Shown in pieces: positions 34,038-47,910 of a DNA stretch of 64,000 bases. The DNA is from Basidiobolus meristosporus CBS 931.73 (taxonomy: Eukaryota; Fungi; Basidiobolomycota). The number at the start of each line of letters is the position of its first letter. The stretch's first letter is position 1. The position numbers and the translations under genes were made by a program. The stretch is from contig MCFE01000213.1 of assembly GCA_002104905.1 (NCBI GenBank), positions 63,206 to 127,205 on the forward strand, written 5' to 3'. A model generated the notes under the pieces. It was not told the origin of the DNA and searched no databases. It worked only from the letters and a program-made list of their open reading frames with translations.

Positions 34038-36615
34038 TGTTACCAGTCTTGGTAAAAGAGCTGTAGAGGAATAGGGAGTTTAGCTAGTATTGTGTTCATT
34101 AAAACTTGAACTGATTTTTATTGAGGTTACAGCAGCTGCTTATATACATTTAGCAGATCAATTGTTGACTAATTGCATTTCTCAATGTAGGTTGTGGCTG
34201 ATGACTCATTTGATTGCATCATCATCACCCAATAAGATGCTACTTAATATATCTATTTCTGTCTGATGAGGATTTGCTTATTCATTTGCTGACTAACACT
34301 ACTTATCTGATAGCTAACTCTGATATAATGATAGGCTAAGCATATAACTAATTGATTTGACTAAAAACCAAACTGACTTGAACATTCAAGTGGTGGATCA
34401 TAACATTCTCCCCTACTGAAGTTGAGAGGGTTCTCCTGAACTTCTTTTCATGTGATATCAATATCTTGATGGCTCAGTATTGTTGGCAAGTCTTGCAAGC
34501 CTAAGTCTGTCTCTATGAACTAAATCTTCCTGGATATTCCCTAGTTTGTTCACTAGTTGGTAAGTTGCAAATAGAAAATCTCTGATGATCTTAAAAGGCC
34601 CTGTCCATTGTGGCTCAAACTTCTTCCAAGTATAGTTTCTCAGCAATACAAAGTTCCCAACTGGCAATGATTCTGGTGATACAGTCTTATCACATCTCTG
34701 CTTCATCTTTTCTGCACTTTGAGATACTTTGGCCTGTGCCTCTTGACTTCTTTGTTCCAGCTGCTGGTGTCTGCTTGACTGACTGAGTTCATCTTCTAAG
34801 GCACCTGTAAGCTTTGGTTGTGTGAGATCTCCTGGAATCCTTGTCTCCCATCCATACACTGAGTAAAATGGCAATTATTGGGTAGTGTTGTGTACTCTAA
34901 CTCTGCATGCAAAAAGTTCTTGGTTGATATACTCATCCCATCTACTGACTGCTCCATTTGCTTACTTGGTCAGCAGTTTTCCAAATAATTCATTAAATTG
35001 CTGGGTGACTCCATTAGTTCTAGGGTGATATGCTGAGGTTTTCAAGTATCTAATGTGCTGCATTTCCAGGTAAACTTTTAATGCCTTTGCCATAAAGTTT
35101 GCTCCACTATTGGATAGAATCTCTACAGGGCATCCAAGCTTGATAAGGATCTCATGGTAGATGAAACTTGCAACTTCTTGCTCACTGGCTACAGGTACTG
35201 CTTTAACCACTGGCCTTTTGCTTGCACAGTCAATTGCTATTAGGAACCAACGGTTGAATTTCCTGGTAGTTGGCAGTCTCCTAATGGAGTCAATTCTCCA
35301 TCATTTAAATGGTCTTCCAGGCTCCAAGGGAAAGACTTCAGCAATTATCTGTGGTTGGCCTTAGTTGATTTGGCAATTTGGGCATGTTTTCACTAGCTGC
35401 TCAATGTCTTGTTTCATTTTGGACCATCATGCTCTGGCTCTCACAAGGCTGTAGGTTCCTTCAACTCCAAGATGTCCATATCCATTGTGTAGCTTATGTA
35501 TTAAATCCAGGTAAGCAACATAAGGGCAATAGGCTATAGGGCTTCCATCAACAATTTGGTAGAGTGTCTCATCCTGTACCACAAAATTGCTGGCTTCATC
35601 CCAGATTATCATTGTGATCTCATCATCCACTGCATTAGGAGCAGCTTGGTACTCCAAGTACTTTGGTAATAGGTTAGACCAATCTGATTCATGCCCCAAG
35701 TTGAGTTGTGCAACTTGTTCTAATCTTGGTAAGGCATCAGCAACCTTGTTATTTTTACCAGGGCAGTATACAATCTCCAATTCAAATTGCTGAATGTATT
35801 CACTCCGTTTTATCATTCTTCTACAGAGTTCCTTCTGAGTAAATATATACTTGAGGGATGCATGATCAGTCTCAGTAGAGTAGAGGAATCCTTGTGTAAT
35901 ACTGCCATGAGCAACATCTGGGTGCCTTTTATAAGTGCTCTAAAGAACTGTGTCTTGCTAAGGTCACTTGTTGCACACATACTGGAATTGACCAAGTTGC
36001 AGCATGCAGGTAACAGCTCATAGGTCTTGTCCTTCTGGATCTGAGTAGCATGGGTTCTCCAGTTGACTGATAGATTACAACAAAATAGCAGGTTTGTTCA
36101 GGTATAAGGTCAAGCTTGCAGTTCCCAAATACTTAGGCCTGTAGGTCTTCTTCATAGTCATTGTACTTCATTCTTACTGGCTGAGTACCATGGTTGATTA
36201 TGTGAGAGTTCCCATCAGCTCTTGAGACTAAAGTAGATTTGGTGAGTTTTGAGTTGATTCCAGTTTTCAAAGCAAATTGCTCTGACATGTACTCATGCAA
36301 TGCTCCTGATTCAATCATAATCTTGGCAGGTACTCCATGCGTTACTCCATTCAAATATAATAGCTCTCCTGAGTTGGAGGTTATCTGGGATAGGTATTCT
36401 TCTATCACTTGGAAGTTGAGTTCTGAGTCTTCCTCATGTTCATCCTCCAAGTGACTATGCTCAAGGGCTTCAATACAGTTGAAGGTTCTTGATGGCTGGT
36501 GTCCATTTTTCTATGGGGGCAGTACTTTGCAATATGTCCCTGCTGAATACAATTGAAGCAAAGTCCTTTCTTCTTACATTCTTCTGAGGTAGGATAATCT
36601 GAATTAAAGCCTAAG
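34038..36615 (-). mobile_element. Gypsy family F1 remnant: 3' LTR 34038-34405, integrase, partial RNase H, protease, gag knuckle; RT absent
   Basis: Fragments 34458-34874, 34962-35210 (TSAYHPRTNG), 35427-35816, 36133-36450; CCHC remnant near 36520-36560. Confidence 0.85.
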
Positions 36616-36619
36616 TCTT

Positions 36620-39618
36620 CGAGTAATTACCGCAGCCATAGAGCCTCCTTAGTTGTTTTGCAAGCATCCATATATTCAGCTTCAGTTGTAGCTAGAGTCA
36701 CAGTTGGTTGTTTCTGGCCATTCCAAGTAATTGCTGCACCAGCATAAGGAAATGCATACCCAGTGATAGTGCATCTGTCAATCAGATCTCTACCCCAATC
36801 TGAATAAGTATAACCATGATATTCTGGCCTATTAGCGGCTTCAGAGTATTTCAGTATCCTATTCATGGTACCTTGTTGATATCTAAAAATCTGCTTAACT
36901 GCTGTAATTTGATCTGATCCATAATAAGGCATGATTTGACTGACTATTCTAGCTGTTACTGCAATGTCAGGACCTGTAAACACTATTGAGAATATGAGGC
37001 TTCCAACTATAGATTGATGCAAGAAGTTTTGGTTCATATTTGATCCATTTTCTCATAAGATTGCCTGAGATTGGCTGAACTTTACACTATTGCCCATAGG
37101 GGTAGCTGCAGGCTTGCAATACTCCATTGTGAAGTGTCTAAGAATGTCCCTGATGTGCTTAGACTGACTCTGCACAATATTCTGCGTAGTTATGTCAAAT
37201 TCTCCAACAGTTCCAAGAATGTAGCTAAATTTTCCAAGATTTTTCATCTCAATCTTGCTGAAGAGATCTGATTTTGGCTGTTTAAGTGCCTCCTGGTCAC
37301 TTGTGGCTATTATTATGTTGTTCACAGGAAGAACTAGGATGATCACACCCTTTTTGAGCTGTTTCACATACATACTATGATCTGCAGTGCAACAAATGCA
37401 CCTAAGTTAAGCCCATACAACAACTTCCAGATTGTGCCCACCAAATGGTGGCCTTTTGGATTGATCAGACCTTCTGGTAGCTCCATATATATAGTCTTGT
37501 GCCAATCCCCATTTCAAAAGGCTATTTTGCCATCCATTTGGTGTAGATCTAGACTGTGCTCAGCTGCCAGGGCTATAACTGTCCTAGCAGAGTTAAACCT
37601 GGCAACCAGAGCAAATGTTTCCTTAAAGTATAGTCCCTAGATTTGGGAATAGCCTTTAGTCATCAATCTAGCCTTGTATTTATCAACATTACCATTTGAG
37701 GTTGTGTTGATCTTGTAGACCCATGTAAATGCTATTGACTTTCTCCCATTTGGTGAATCAACCAGTTCTCATGTTTTTGCTTTGATCAGTGATTGGAACT
37801 CCTCCTGCATGACTTTTTGCCACATAGTAGTATTGAACTTTGCATTACCTGTTCCAGATTCTGAAGTTTGACACAAAAGGCAAGCTAGGCTTCTACATGA
37901 TCATTAGATGTCTGCCAAAAGGATCCAGGGACACTTCTTATTGTGGTAGATCTCCTAGCTGGGATAATTAGTTCCAATCTGGAGCTGGTAGAATTATCTT
38001 CCATATCTGGCTGAGTTTGGTACACATCTTCTTCATTAGTGGTGATTGCATCATCAGGCAGCTAGCCAATGATTTCTGTGGCTTTCTGATCTAAATTCTC
38101 CTCAAATACAATGTCTCTGCTCTTGATCAGCTTCTGAATTCCACCATCATACACTCTATACCCTTTTGAATCATTGCAATACCCAAGAAAAATCCCTTTT
38201 CTACTGTTTGGCTCCAGCTTTGAGTATTTTTTATCAGGGATGTGAGAAAAGACACCAATGTCAAAGATCCTGAGGTGCAGGAGGTCTGGCTTTTTTGCCT
38301 GTATATGCTTCAAAGGGTATTGATTCATGTAGTGCTGTTGTTGGGCAACTATTCTAGATGTACACTGTGGTAGCAACAGATTTAGCCCAGAACTTGTAGT
38401 CAATTGCCCTATCATGTAGCATGGATCTTCCTATCTTTACTATTGTACTTTTGGCACATTTTGCTACTTCATTTGGCGGTGGAGTATGTTAAACATTGGT
38501 CTGTTGAAGTATACCAGTATATGAGCAGTATTTTGCAAGCCCCTTTGTACATTAATCCCCTTCATTGTCACTTCATGGTACCTTCAATTTACACCCAGTT
38601 TGCGTTTCTGCCATGTTCTTAAAGAGTCTAAACAGCTTTAAAGCCTCATCCTTGGTTTTGAGTAAGTATACACATGTGTATCTTGTCTTGACATCAATAA
38701 GTGTCATAAATTATCTCTTGTCTCTAAAGGACAGTGATCTCATGGGCCCACACAAGTCTGAGTGTACAACTGCCAGAATTTTGATGATGCTGATGCCTCC
38801 TGAACTCCTGAAACATTACCTAGCTTGTTTGCCATATGGACATCCCTTTTAGGCACCCAATTTGATCACAATTGAGTATTTTGGCCCAAAACAAGCTGAT
38901 TTTTCACCAATTGACTCATTTTTGGTTCTCCAATGTGTCCTAGCCTCCTATGCCATATCTGCCATATGGTTTCATCAATTTCATCAATGTTGGCATACTG
39001 AGGCACAATGATCTTGCATTATAACTGGTATATATTGTGATATTTAATTCCCAAAGCTAATTCTTGTCCATTTTCACTCAATATTGAGCAGTTCAGCTTA
39101 GCAACACCAGAATTCAGTTCCTGAACAGCGCTTTACTGACAGAGAGTAGGTTGTTAGCTATTCCAGGTACAAATAGTATGTCAGTCAGTGTTGCCATTGT
39201 GGCCCCTGAGATATAACTCATATTCAGTAGTATAGAGCCACTGGTGGTAGCTTCCAATGCAGAGTTGTCTCCCAGATAAGCCTTTCTTACAGGTATAGTC
39301 TTTAAGTTGCAGAACCACTCCTTTATACCACAAATATGCTGTGATGCTCCAGCGTCAATATACCATTCATTACTTTGGTTACTTGCACTCTCTTGTACAG
39401 TTCTAAATAACAGCTCATCAGTAGTTATATGGCTTGCCTGCTCCAGCTTCTGTTTTTTGTCATCTTGTGTCTTCTTGCATTCTCTTGACCAGTGTCCTGG
39501 CTTCTTACATTAGATACAGCAATCATGTTTTCTGTGGTTTTGTTGCTTTCCCTTCATTTTTGTGCACCTTTCTGAGCTGCATAAAGCATTGTCTTCCATT
39601 CTCACTGCTTGATCATTA
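36620..39618 (-). mobile_element. Decayed Ty1/Copia element G (gag knuckle, PR, INT, RT, RNase H); no LTR found
   Basis: WYIDAGASQH, DLCGPM, RKGIFLGYC, ARLVAR, QPTVTLATTEAEY. Confidence 0.85.
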
Positions 39619-41240
39619 TGTCTGAGTCTTGGTATAGGAGTAATAGAGGAATGGAGAGTTTAGCTAGTATTGTATTCACTAAAACTTGAACTGACTTTTA
39701 TTGAGGTTCCAGCAGCTCCTCATATACATTTTGCCAGATCAATGCTGACTAATTGTTTTTCCTAATGTAGGCTTTGATTGATGACTGGTTTGATTGCATC
39801 ATCATCACCCAATAAGATCCTATGTAATAAATCTATCTCTGTCTGATAAGTATCTGCTGATTTATTTGCTGACTAATGCTACTGACTTGGTAGATAACAC
39901 TGATATACTTACAGACTGAAGATATGACCAATTGATTTGACTATGAACTGATCTAACTTGAACATTCAAGCTGTAAATCATAGCATTCTACCTTACTAAG
40001 GTTGAGAGGGTTCTCCTTAATCTCCTGTCTTGCAATGCCAATATCTTGATGGTTCAGTGTTATCAGCAAGTCTTGCAAACTTGAGTCTCTCCATATGTAC
40101 CAAGTCTTCCTGGATATTCCCTAGTTTGTGCCCTAGTTGGTAAGTTGCAAATTGACATTCTCTGATGATCTTGAATGGTCCTGTCTGTTGTGGCGCACAC
40201 TTCTTCCAAGTAATGTTTCTCAGCAATACAAAGTTCCCAACTGGCAATGATTCTGGTGATACGGTCTTATCAAATCTCTGCATTGTCTTCTCTGCATTTT
40301 CAAATATTTTGGCCTGTGCCTGTTGACATATTTGTTCCAGCTGCTGGGGTCTACTTGGCTGACTGAGCTCATCTTCCAAGATGTCTGTAAGCTTTGGTTG
40401 TATGAGATCTCCTGGAATCCTTGGTTCACATCCATACACTGAGTATAATGGCAATTGTTGGGTGGTGTTGTATACTCTAACTCTGCATGCCAAGAGTGCT
40501 TGGTCTATATACTCATCCCATCTACCAATAGCTCTATTTGCATACTTGGTCAGTATTGTTCCAAATAATCCATTAAACCGCTCAGTGACTCCATTAGCTC
40601 TAGGGTAATTTGTTGAGATTTTCAAGTTTGTGATGTGCTGCATTTCCAGGTAAACATCTAATGTCTTTGCTATAGAGTTTGCTCCTCTATTGAATAGAAT
40701 CTCCACAGGGCATCCAAACTTCATAAGTATCTCATGGTAGATTAGACTTGAAACTTCTTGTTCACTGGCTACAGGTACAGCTGTAACACTAAGTAAGGAG
40801 GGTTTTTCAATGTTCAGGAGCATTTTGTAACAGTTTCAGGGTTAGTACACAATAGTTAGTATTAGTGCTAATCTGATCCTGACTATAGGGGAATAATCAT
40901 AAGATCATAGATCTAAAGAAAGTGGTAAAGTTAGAGCTGTGCATTAGTCCCACAGTAACCAAGACTAGTCCAGAAATGTTAAGTTAATTTTTTAGCTGCA
41001 GAATGATACCAAATAGTCCAATATTTCAACACCTAATGTATTAAATCCAGGCAAACAACAAAAGAGCAATAGGCAGTAGGGCTTCCATCAACAATTTGGT
41101 AGAGTGTATCATCATGTACCACCAATTTGCTGGCTTCATCCCAGATTATCCTCTTGAGTGCTTCATCCACATTATTAGAAATGGCTTGGTCCTCAAAGTA
41201 CTTTGGCAATAGGCTACACCAATCTGATTCATGCACCAAG
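39619..41240 (-). mobile_element. Gypsy family F2 remnant (3' LTR 39619-39985, integrase 40017-40780)
   Basis: LTR E homology; integrase ORF 40017-40823. Confidence 0.85.
40782..41031 (-). repeat. Probable solo LTR family H (250 bp); partial copy at ~33693-33847
   Basis: TG..CA ends and a second homologous copy. No matching TSD (flanking F2 sequence is deleted). Confidence 0.55.
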
Positions 41241-42729
41241 TGTCATGATCTACCACTTAAATGTTTATGTTAGATCAGTCCTATGTCAAGTCAATTAGTT
41301 ATATGTTTGGCCTATAAGTAGATCAGTGTTTTCTATTGAATCAGTGGCATTAGTCAGCAAATGAATCATCAGATCCTTATCATACGGAAATAAAAGTATT
41401 ACATAGGAGCTTTTTGGGTGGCAATAATGCAATAAAATCAGTCATCATCCACAGCCTACATTAGGAAAAACAATTAGTCAGCAATTGATCTGGCAAAATG
41501 TAAATAAGGAGCTGCTGGAACCTCAATACAAATCAGTTCAAGTTTTAGTGAATTCAACACTGGCTAAACTATCTATTCCTCTACAATTCTTATACCAAGA
41601 CTTGTAACATTAGTAGCAGCAATATCCAGAAACCTCCGTCCTATAGAAATAACAACCCTCTCTCAAGATGTCCAAAGATCAAGAATGGAAAAATGCTATG
41701 CTGCAAGTCCTGGCCCAGTAGCACAGTTACTCCAGATCCTTAGTCAGCTGCGACAAGAAATAACTGCAATGGCCCAAAGCCAGCAAAACCCTGTCAAGGG
41801 CAACTTTGGTGTGACAGCCAACTACACTATGGCAGAGTCAATGAAAACCTGTGAACTTTGCTCTTCCAAGCTGAAGTAGCTTTCAAGCCTAAGGGAATTG
41901 CACCAGAAAGCAGGCCACATTATGCAGACTCTTACCTGGAAGATGCAGCTTTACAGTAGTACCACAGCAAGATCAGGTCAGCCACCATGATGGGATGCTC
42001 TTCAGTCTCAACCTGGGATGTGTTTGTGTTGGAAATTCAGGATGCAACTGAGTCCCACACCAACAAACACTAGTAACAAGAGAATTGAAGACACTCAGAC
42101 AGAAAGGATGGTCCAAGAATATGTCTATGATTCTAGATGTCTATTTAGACAATTTAAAGAATGGACCCTCTGGATCAAGTTGAATACTTGATTGCTGGGT
42201 CAAAAGAAAGAACTTGTAAAGAAGTGGATTTTTGAAGACCTCAGACTATTGAAGAAGCCATCAAGATTCCCATTGACTATAGCTCAGCTATGTTTGGAGT
42301 TGGGAAACCCATAATAACTAATACAAGAGGCTACAATCACCATGAAAGAAGACAATCAGAAGCAGTGCCAATGGAAATAGATGCTATGCAGAAGAACTCT
42401 ACCTCAGAAGAACCTAAGAAGAAAGGACTTTGCTTCAGCTGCCACCAGCAGGGACATATTATCCCATGAAAAACTATTAAGATGATTACATCAAAAGGCC
42501 TTCACTAATTTAAAACCCTGTGACTAAGAGGTACTGATCCTGTCAGGACATGGTCCAGAGACTGTTGAAAAATAATTGCTCCCCAAATTTTACAAAAAAT
42601 TGGTCAAAATTTTCATCACAACAATAAATAAATGGCTTTTGATTGCTTACCTTCCAATTTGCTCACTTTCTGATCCCAGACACTCTATTGCCTCTTTTTC
42701 ACACTCCTTACTTCCTGACTGAACTGTTT

Positions 42730-44941
42730 CTCTGACTTGTCATGCATACAAATTGATTTATTTCTGTTGAAACTTCAGTTGTACCTCAATTGTCAATTTT
42801 GTTGACCTATAGAAGTCTCCATACTCTACACTAGCATTAAACCCAACCTTGCACTTAAAAGGTAACTCCATTAAAATCCACCCCTCAGTAAATATTTCAG
42901 CTGTGGCGCTCTGATTCCACAACTTTGGCAAGAACCCTTCAAATTTGTGCCACTGCTCATTCACTGGTTCCCACACGTCCTGGTCTTCAGCTGGCACTGC
43001 AAGGTCTAGCTCCTCATCTGCCAGTCTATGCAATTGATTCTTGCAATATTTCTGTCTGTTTCATTGAGCACTGGTCTTGAAGAAGTACTGCAACCTCTTG
43101 GTGTGCCTATTAATGTTCCAAAACTCCACTGAAGGCATTGTGATAGTCTTTTGAGCTCTTGATCTAATAGCTTTGTCTGTCAGTGGGATCTCCACTCTGT
43201 TAACAATGGAGGCTGTTGAGGCTGTGGTAGACAAATTGCCTTTTTCAGTAAACTCATCTACCTTGGTGGAGCATTTCTCAACTGGCTGTGCTTCCAACTC
43301 TTGTGAAAACAGCTGCGTTCTTATTGGTAATTCTTCTTGGCTATGTTGGATTCAGTCTGTTCCTGGCTTACGGCATTAATTGGCAAGAACAGCAGTATTT
43401 TTTGCATGCCTCCCTGTCCCAGGCCTGGGTAGACATTTTTCCCTTTACCTTCTCCTTTATCACTGCCAGGTCTTTCACTGCTACTTTGTCTAGGTGCTTC
43501 TTGTAATGAAATATGTTTTCTCCTGGATAAATTCTGCTCTGATGCATCTGTTTTGGCCTGCTTGTCCCTTGCTGGCACTCTTCTGGCAACCTGATGTTTC
43601 TTTTCTGCTTGTTTTGAGATCTCAACTGTGGTTGAGACAGGCTCATGTAAAAGTGGCTGGTTTATCACTGCCAAGTCCTTCCCTGCTACTTTGACTGGGT
43701 GCTTCTGGAGTGGTACTATGTTTTTCCTTGACAAATGTTGTGCTGTTGCATCCATGTATGCCTGCTTGTCCCTAATTGGCACTCTTCCAGCTACCTGACA
43801 TCTCTTTGATACTTGTCTGGAACTTTTGGCCCTGCTTGTAGCAGGTTCTTGAGGAAGCGGCTGGTTTTTAAACATGGTACCCTTGTTCTTCTGCCTTTGA
43901 TAGTTTCTGCTATTCATAAGATACTTTCTCAGCATACCAATGTTGGCCCAGAATCTCATTGCCCACTTGAATCCAGGATAATGATCATTGAGTAAGTCAA
44001 GTGCAATCTGCTTGGCCATGAGTTCCTGATGGTCCCATGGTAAGCCAGCCTTAAGATGATGGCATGCTAGACTTCTGATGGCCTCTTGTATATTAGCCCA
44101 CTTGTCATTATTGTACTCAACAGCTTCACAGATTTTCACTTTCTTTTGATGTTTAGGCTTTGGTATGAACACCACATTTACTCCCTCCCATGCTGTGATA
44201 GGTTTTTCTGTAGTCTTTATCTTTGGGCACTGTTGTTGTGCTTCAAAGACTGTATAGTGTACCTCTGCTGCTACATTGGGAAATAGCTCAATTTTTGGCT
44301 GTGACATTGAGCCACTTAGGTTCCTTCTTTGCAGTAAAGATACTGCTTTCTCTACCTGGTATATTAATTGTTCTGCGCATATTATCAGTTCATCCTGTTT
44401 CTAGGCTACTTTCTGATTTTTCTGGGCATTGTAGCTATCCTATCAGCCACTGCACCCAATTACTTCATAAATGCTAAGGGATGAGCTGACAGCATACTTG
44501 CTAATATGGGTAGTGGCAATGTAGTGACAGCCACTGGCTGGTTGTCAATTGAAGGTACTGCGTTTGCTAAATTCTCATTTACCTCATTAATGCTTTGGTA
44601 TGAGCTGACAATATACTTGCTAATATGGGTGATTGTGATGTTATCATGGCCACTTGCTGCTCTTCAACTGAGGGTGCTGTGTTTACTACATTATCATCTG
44701 CCTGAGCATAATGGTCAGCTTGCGGCTCCGCAGAGGTTGTTGATTGCTGACTTCACTGAGAGCCTGAGGAGTCCACATTATTACATTCAATTGGCACACT
44801 GTCCACAGGGCCTATTTTGGGTGTAGCCCTGCTTGCTGTACTGAATTTTAAAGCAATCTGTTGTCCAACTGTTCTTCTGTTGCCATCAGTGGTGGGGCTT
44901 AGTTGAGAACCAGACAACTTTGCTTTATTTTTTGGTGGCAT
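42730..44941 (-). pseudogene. ORF-A of X2 (accessory protein of unknown function)
   Basis: ATG 44941 (MPPKNKAK), a 328-aa open segment 43321-44307 and a tail at 42758-43033. Homologous segments occur in X1, X3 and X4. Confidence 0.7.
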
Positions 44942-45168
44942 ATATAGGGAGTGAGTAAAACAAAGGGGAAATAGTGTTATATACACATGTGTATGTGGTG
45001 CCACAACTTTATTTATAATGCTTACTATAGTGGGTCATGAATGAATCTTACATTCATATAGGTGCAATGTCTCAAATACAAGACTGTCTTAAGTTCACAT
45101 GAGTATTGACCAAAAAGTGATATAATAGTGTTATGTTGTTGAAGTTCAAACTGTTGGCCCCATAGACA

Positions 45169-47910
45169 TGACTACTTTGACTCAACACTGCAAGCAAAGA
45201 GAAAAAAGACCATATGGCTATTGTGACAAGCCGCTCAGCAATGAAGCATGCAGATAGTGTAGGAAGTATTACAGAGATCACAGCCAGTGTTTTGCCACCC
45301 AAGTCATATATGACCATTCATTGGTCACTACTGTACCAACATTATTTTGCTGTCCAGTTGATACTTCCATATTGGCACCTGGCTGTCTTTGTCACCTTGC
45401 ACAAACTGAGTCAGGTGAATTTGTGACGCCCTTAGGCTCACCTCAGCCTTCTGAATATGGCACATAGAGTGATAGCTCTGACAGAGAAGGCTCACTAATG
45501 GATTCTGAGCCTATCTCCCCTAACAACAGTACCACATGTGAGCCTAGTCAAATCCTTATATGCAATGAGACAACACCCATTGAAACAAATGCCAAGGATA
45601 CTTTATGGAGCCAGGTTAGCCTAGTAATCCATCTACTGGCAAATGATGTAATGTTATGGCTAGAGAAGAGGTGTTTTTCCACTAATATCAGTAATGGGGA
45701 CTCTGAGGATTTGTTAGTAATTCTTGCCAATATCATACTGGGATGCAACTTGCCATGTACATGGTACAAGTGGACAACCATTATGCAGCTGGCAACATAT
45801 GATCCAGAGACTGTCCTGATTCCAGCATATGTTAACAGTTGCATGGCATTCACGTCCAAAAATGCTACCATTGCAATGTGTCCAAATTGTCAGGAATCCA
45901 CTACCATTGAGGGGAAACATTGTTGATGTTACAAATACATTCTGGTCCTACCCCATCTGAGGAAGCTCATGCTGTTCAACAAATACTGAAAAGCTATACA
46001 GTACTGCACTCAGTATCAATCAAGCACAAACAAATCCAATGTATTCAATGGTAAACATTACAAACAGCCAAGCAGCAAGGGCTACTTTGAAGGTATGCAT
46101 GACCATGCCTTTGCTTTAGCACTTGATGGATTCTCATTAAAAAAGTACTCTACCAGCAAATCCGGCTGGCCACTGATTCTCATCAATCTGAATCTGCCCC
46201 CCATCTTATAGTATCTGAGTAATAATCCAATGGTAGTCTCACTGGTATCTAGGCCTAAATCACCATCCAACCTGGATAGCTACCTGTACCCATTGCCTGA
46301 TGAATTTTGTATGCTTTATAGTGGGATGATGGTACATGGCCATCATGTAAAAGCATATATTTTATCTGCATTGGAGATACCCCAGCCATCAGCAAGATAG
46401 CCGGTTTTTCAGGGTATAATGGATGGTATTGCTGTCAAATGTGTGGGATCCAGGGGATTAACTCCATAACTCACACACATTTTTATCACCCAAACACCAG
46501 CACTAAGAGCATCATCTTTCCACAGAGAGAACATACAGAAGTAAGCATGCAATTGCAGCAAAGTTGGCAAGCTAGAAGTCATTGGCTGGAATATAGAATC
46601 AATTGGAAACCGGAGATACGTAAGATAGAGGGTATCTGTTGGAGCAAAAGCTTTCCACTGGGAGCAATGCATTTACTTTTCAGCAATATCCCTATGCTGA
46701 TGACTAAGTTGTACATGGGACAGTTCAATATAAATAAGCCCTTTGAGATACTGGAGAAATTTGAAAGAATTGGCAAGATATTACATAGTATCTGCTACCC
46801 TAAGTACTTCTCACCAGCTCCAATTAATATTCATACGCATATGCAACAATACAAATGCAAAGAATGGATGAACTGGATATTTATTTATTCAAGTGGTGTT
46901 TTAAAGCCATTCCTACCACAAGTACATTGGAAGCATTGGGAGTTGCATGTGGATATGTAGGAATATTTATCCAGAACTGGATCACCAACGCCAACTTGAC
47001 AAATCTATAGCTGTTGTGCAAGGAGTTTGTGACAGGATTCAAGTGGCTACACTACAAGCATAGAGCTGAATGTCTATATCTCTGCTGCAACTATATCCAA
47101 TCTCTAATCCACCTTGCTTGGTGTATGGAGAATATTGGGCCTTGCTTCACCTTGTGGGAGTTTCCAATGGAGTGGATGTGTGCGTCCATAGGAAGACAAG
47201 TCAAGTTGCAGATACTACCATTTCCCAGTCTTGTTAAGAATATTACCTTCAAGTCTGGCATGGATATGATGAGTTGGCACATGGAGGATAGCCAGGGAGA
47301 GTTGGAAAATACTGAGTACAGATGTGCACATGGAGACACCTACGCCTATGGCATTAAGAAGCTAAGCAGCCCCAATGCATGGGTGATCAGTAAAGTAATA
47401 CAAAGTTGGGTTGGGTGCAACAAGCAACTAATTACTATTAAGAAAACTCTACCAAGGTATGCCGGATTTCTCATGGTCAAAAGCAACCTTCTACACCATT
47501 CAATACTGAATTCACACAAACAAAAGCCAGAGTGCACCTATAAGGGGGACTAGAATCCAGCAGGGAGAAGGAATATAATGGCTAAATATCAAGAAGTTCA
47601 TTGCAGATATTCAAGAGGTATTCATGGTAGAAGTGGCCAAAACCAAGCATATGTTTGCAAGATGTATATGTTACCAGCAGTACAAGGTATATGGTTACTT
47701 TGCAAGTATCAAACTAAAAAGCTGTAAAGTTGAGGTGATAGAAGTATGTCAATTGCAGCAGGTGTGCATGCTTGTAGAGGTTAATAAGCAGGAGTCCATA
47801 ATTTTTTTTGATTCAAACTATATTTGGAATACCCAAGTTAGTAATGGGTTAGCAAAAAACAGGGGTGATTTTACAGTGGAATATATGAATTGCACAAGGG
47901 GAGTTTGAAA
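45169..47910 (+). pseudogene. EnSpm/CACTA transposase remnant (Transposase_21 and DUF4218-like)
   Basis: N-terminal Cys/His cluster; LALDGFS..WPLILINLNLPP; CQMCGIQG; GAMHLLFSNI; HLAWCMENIGPCFTLWEFPME. Confidence 0.85.
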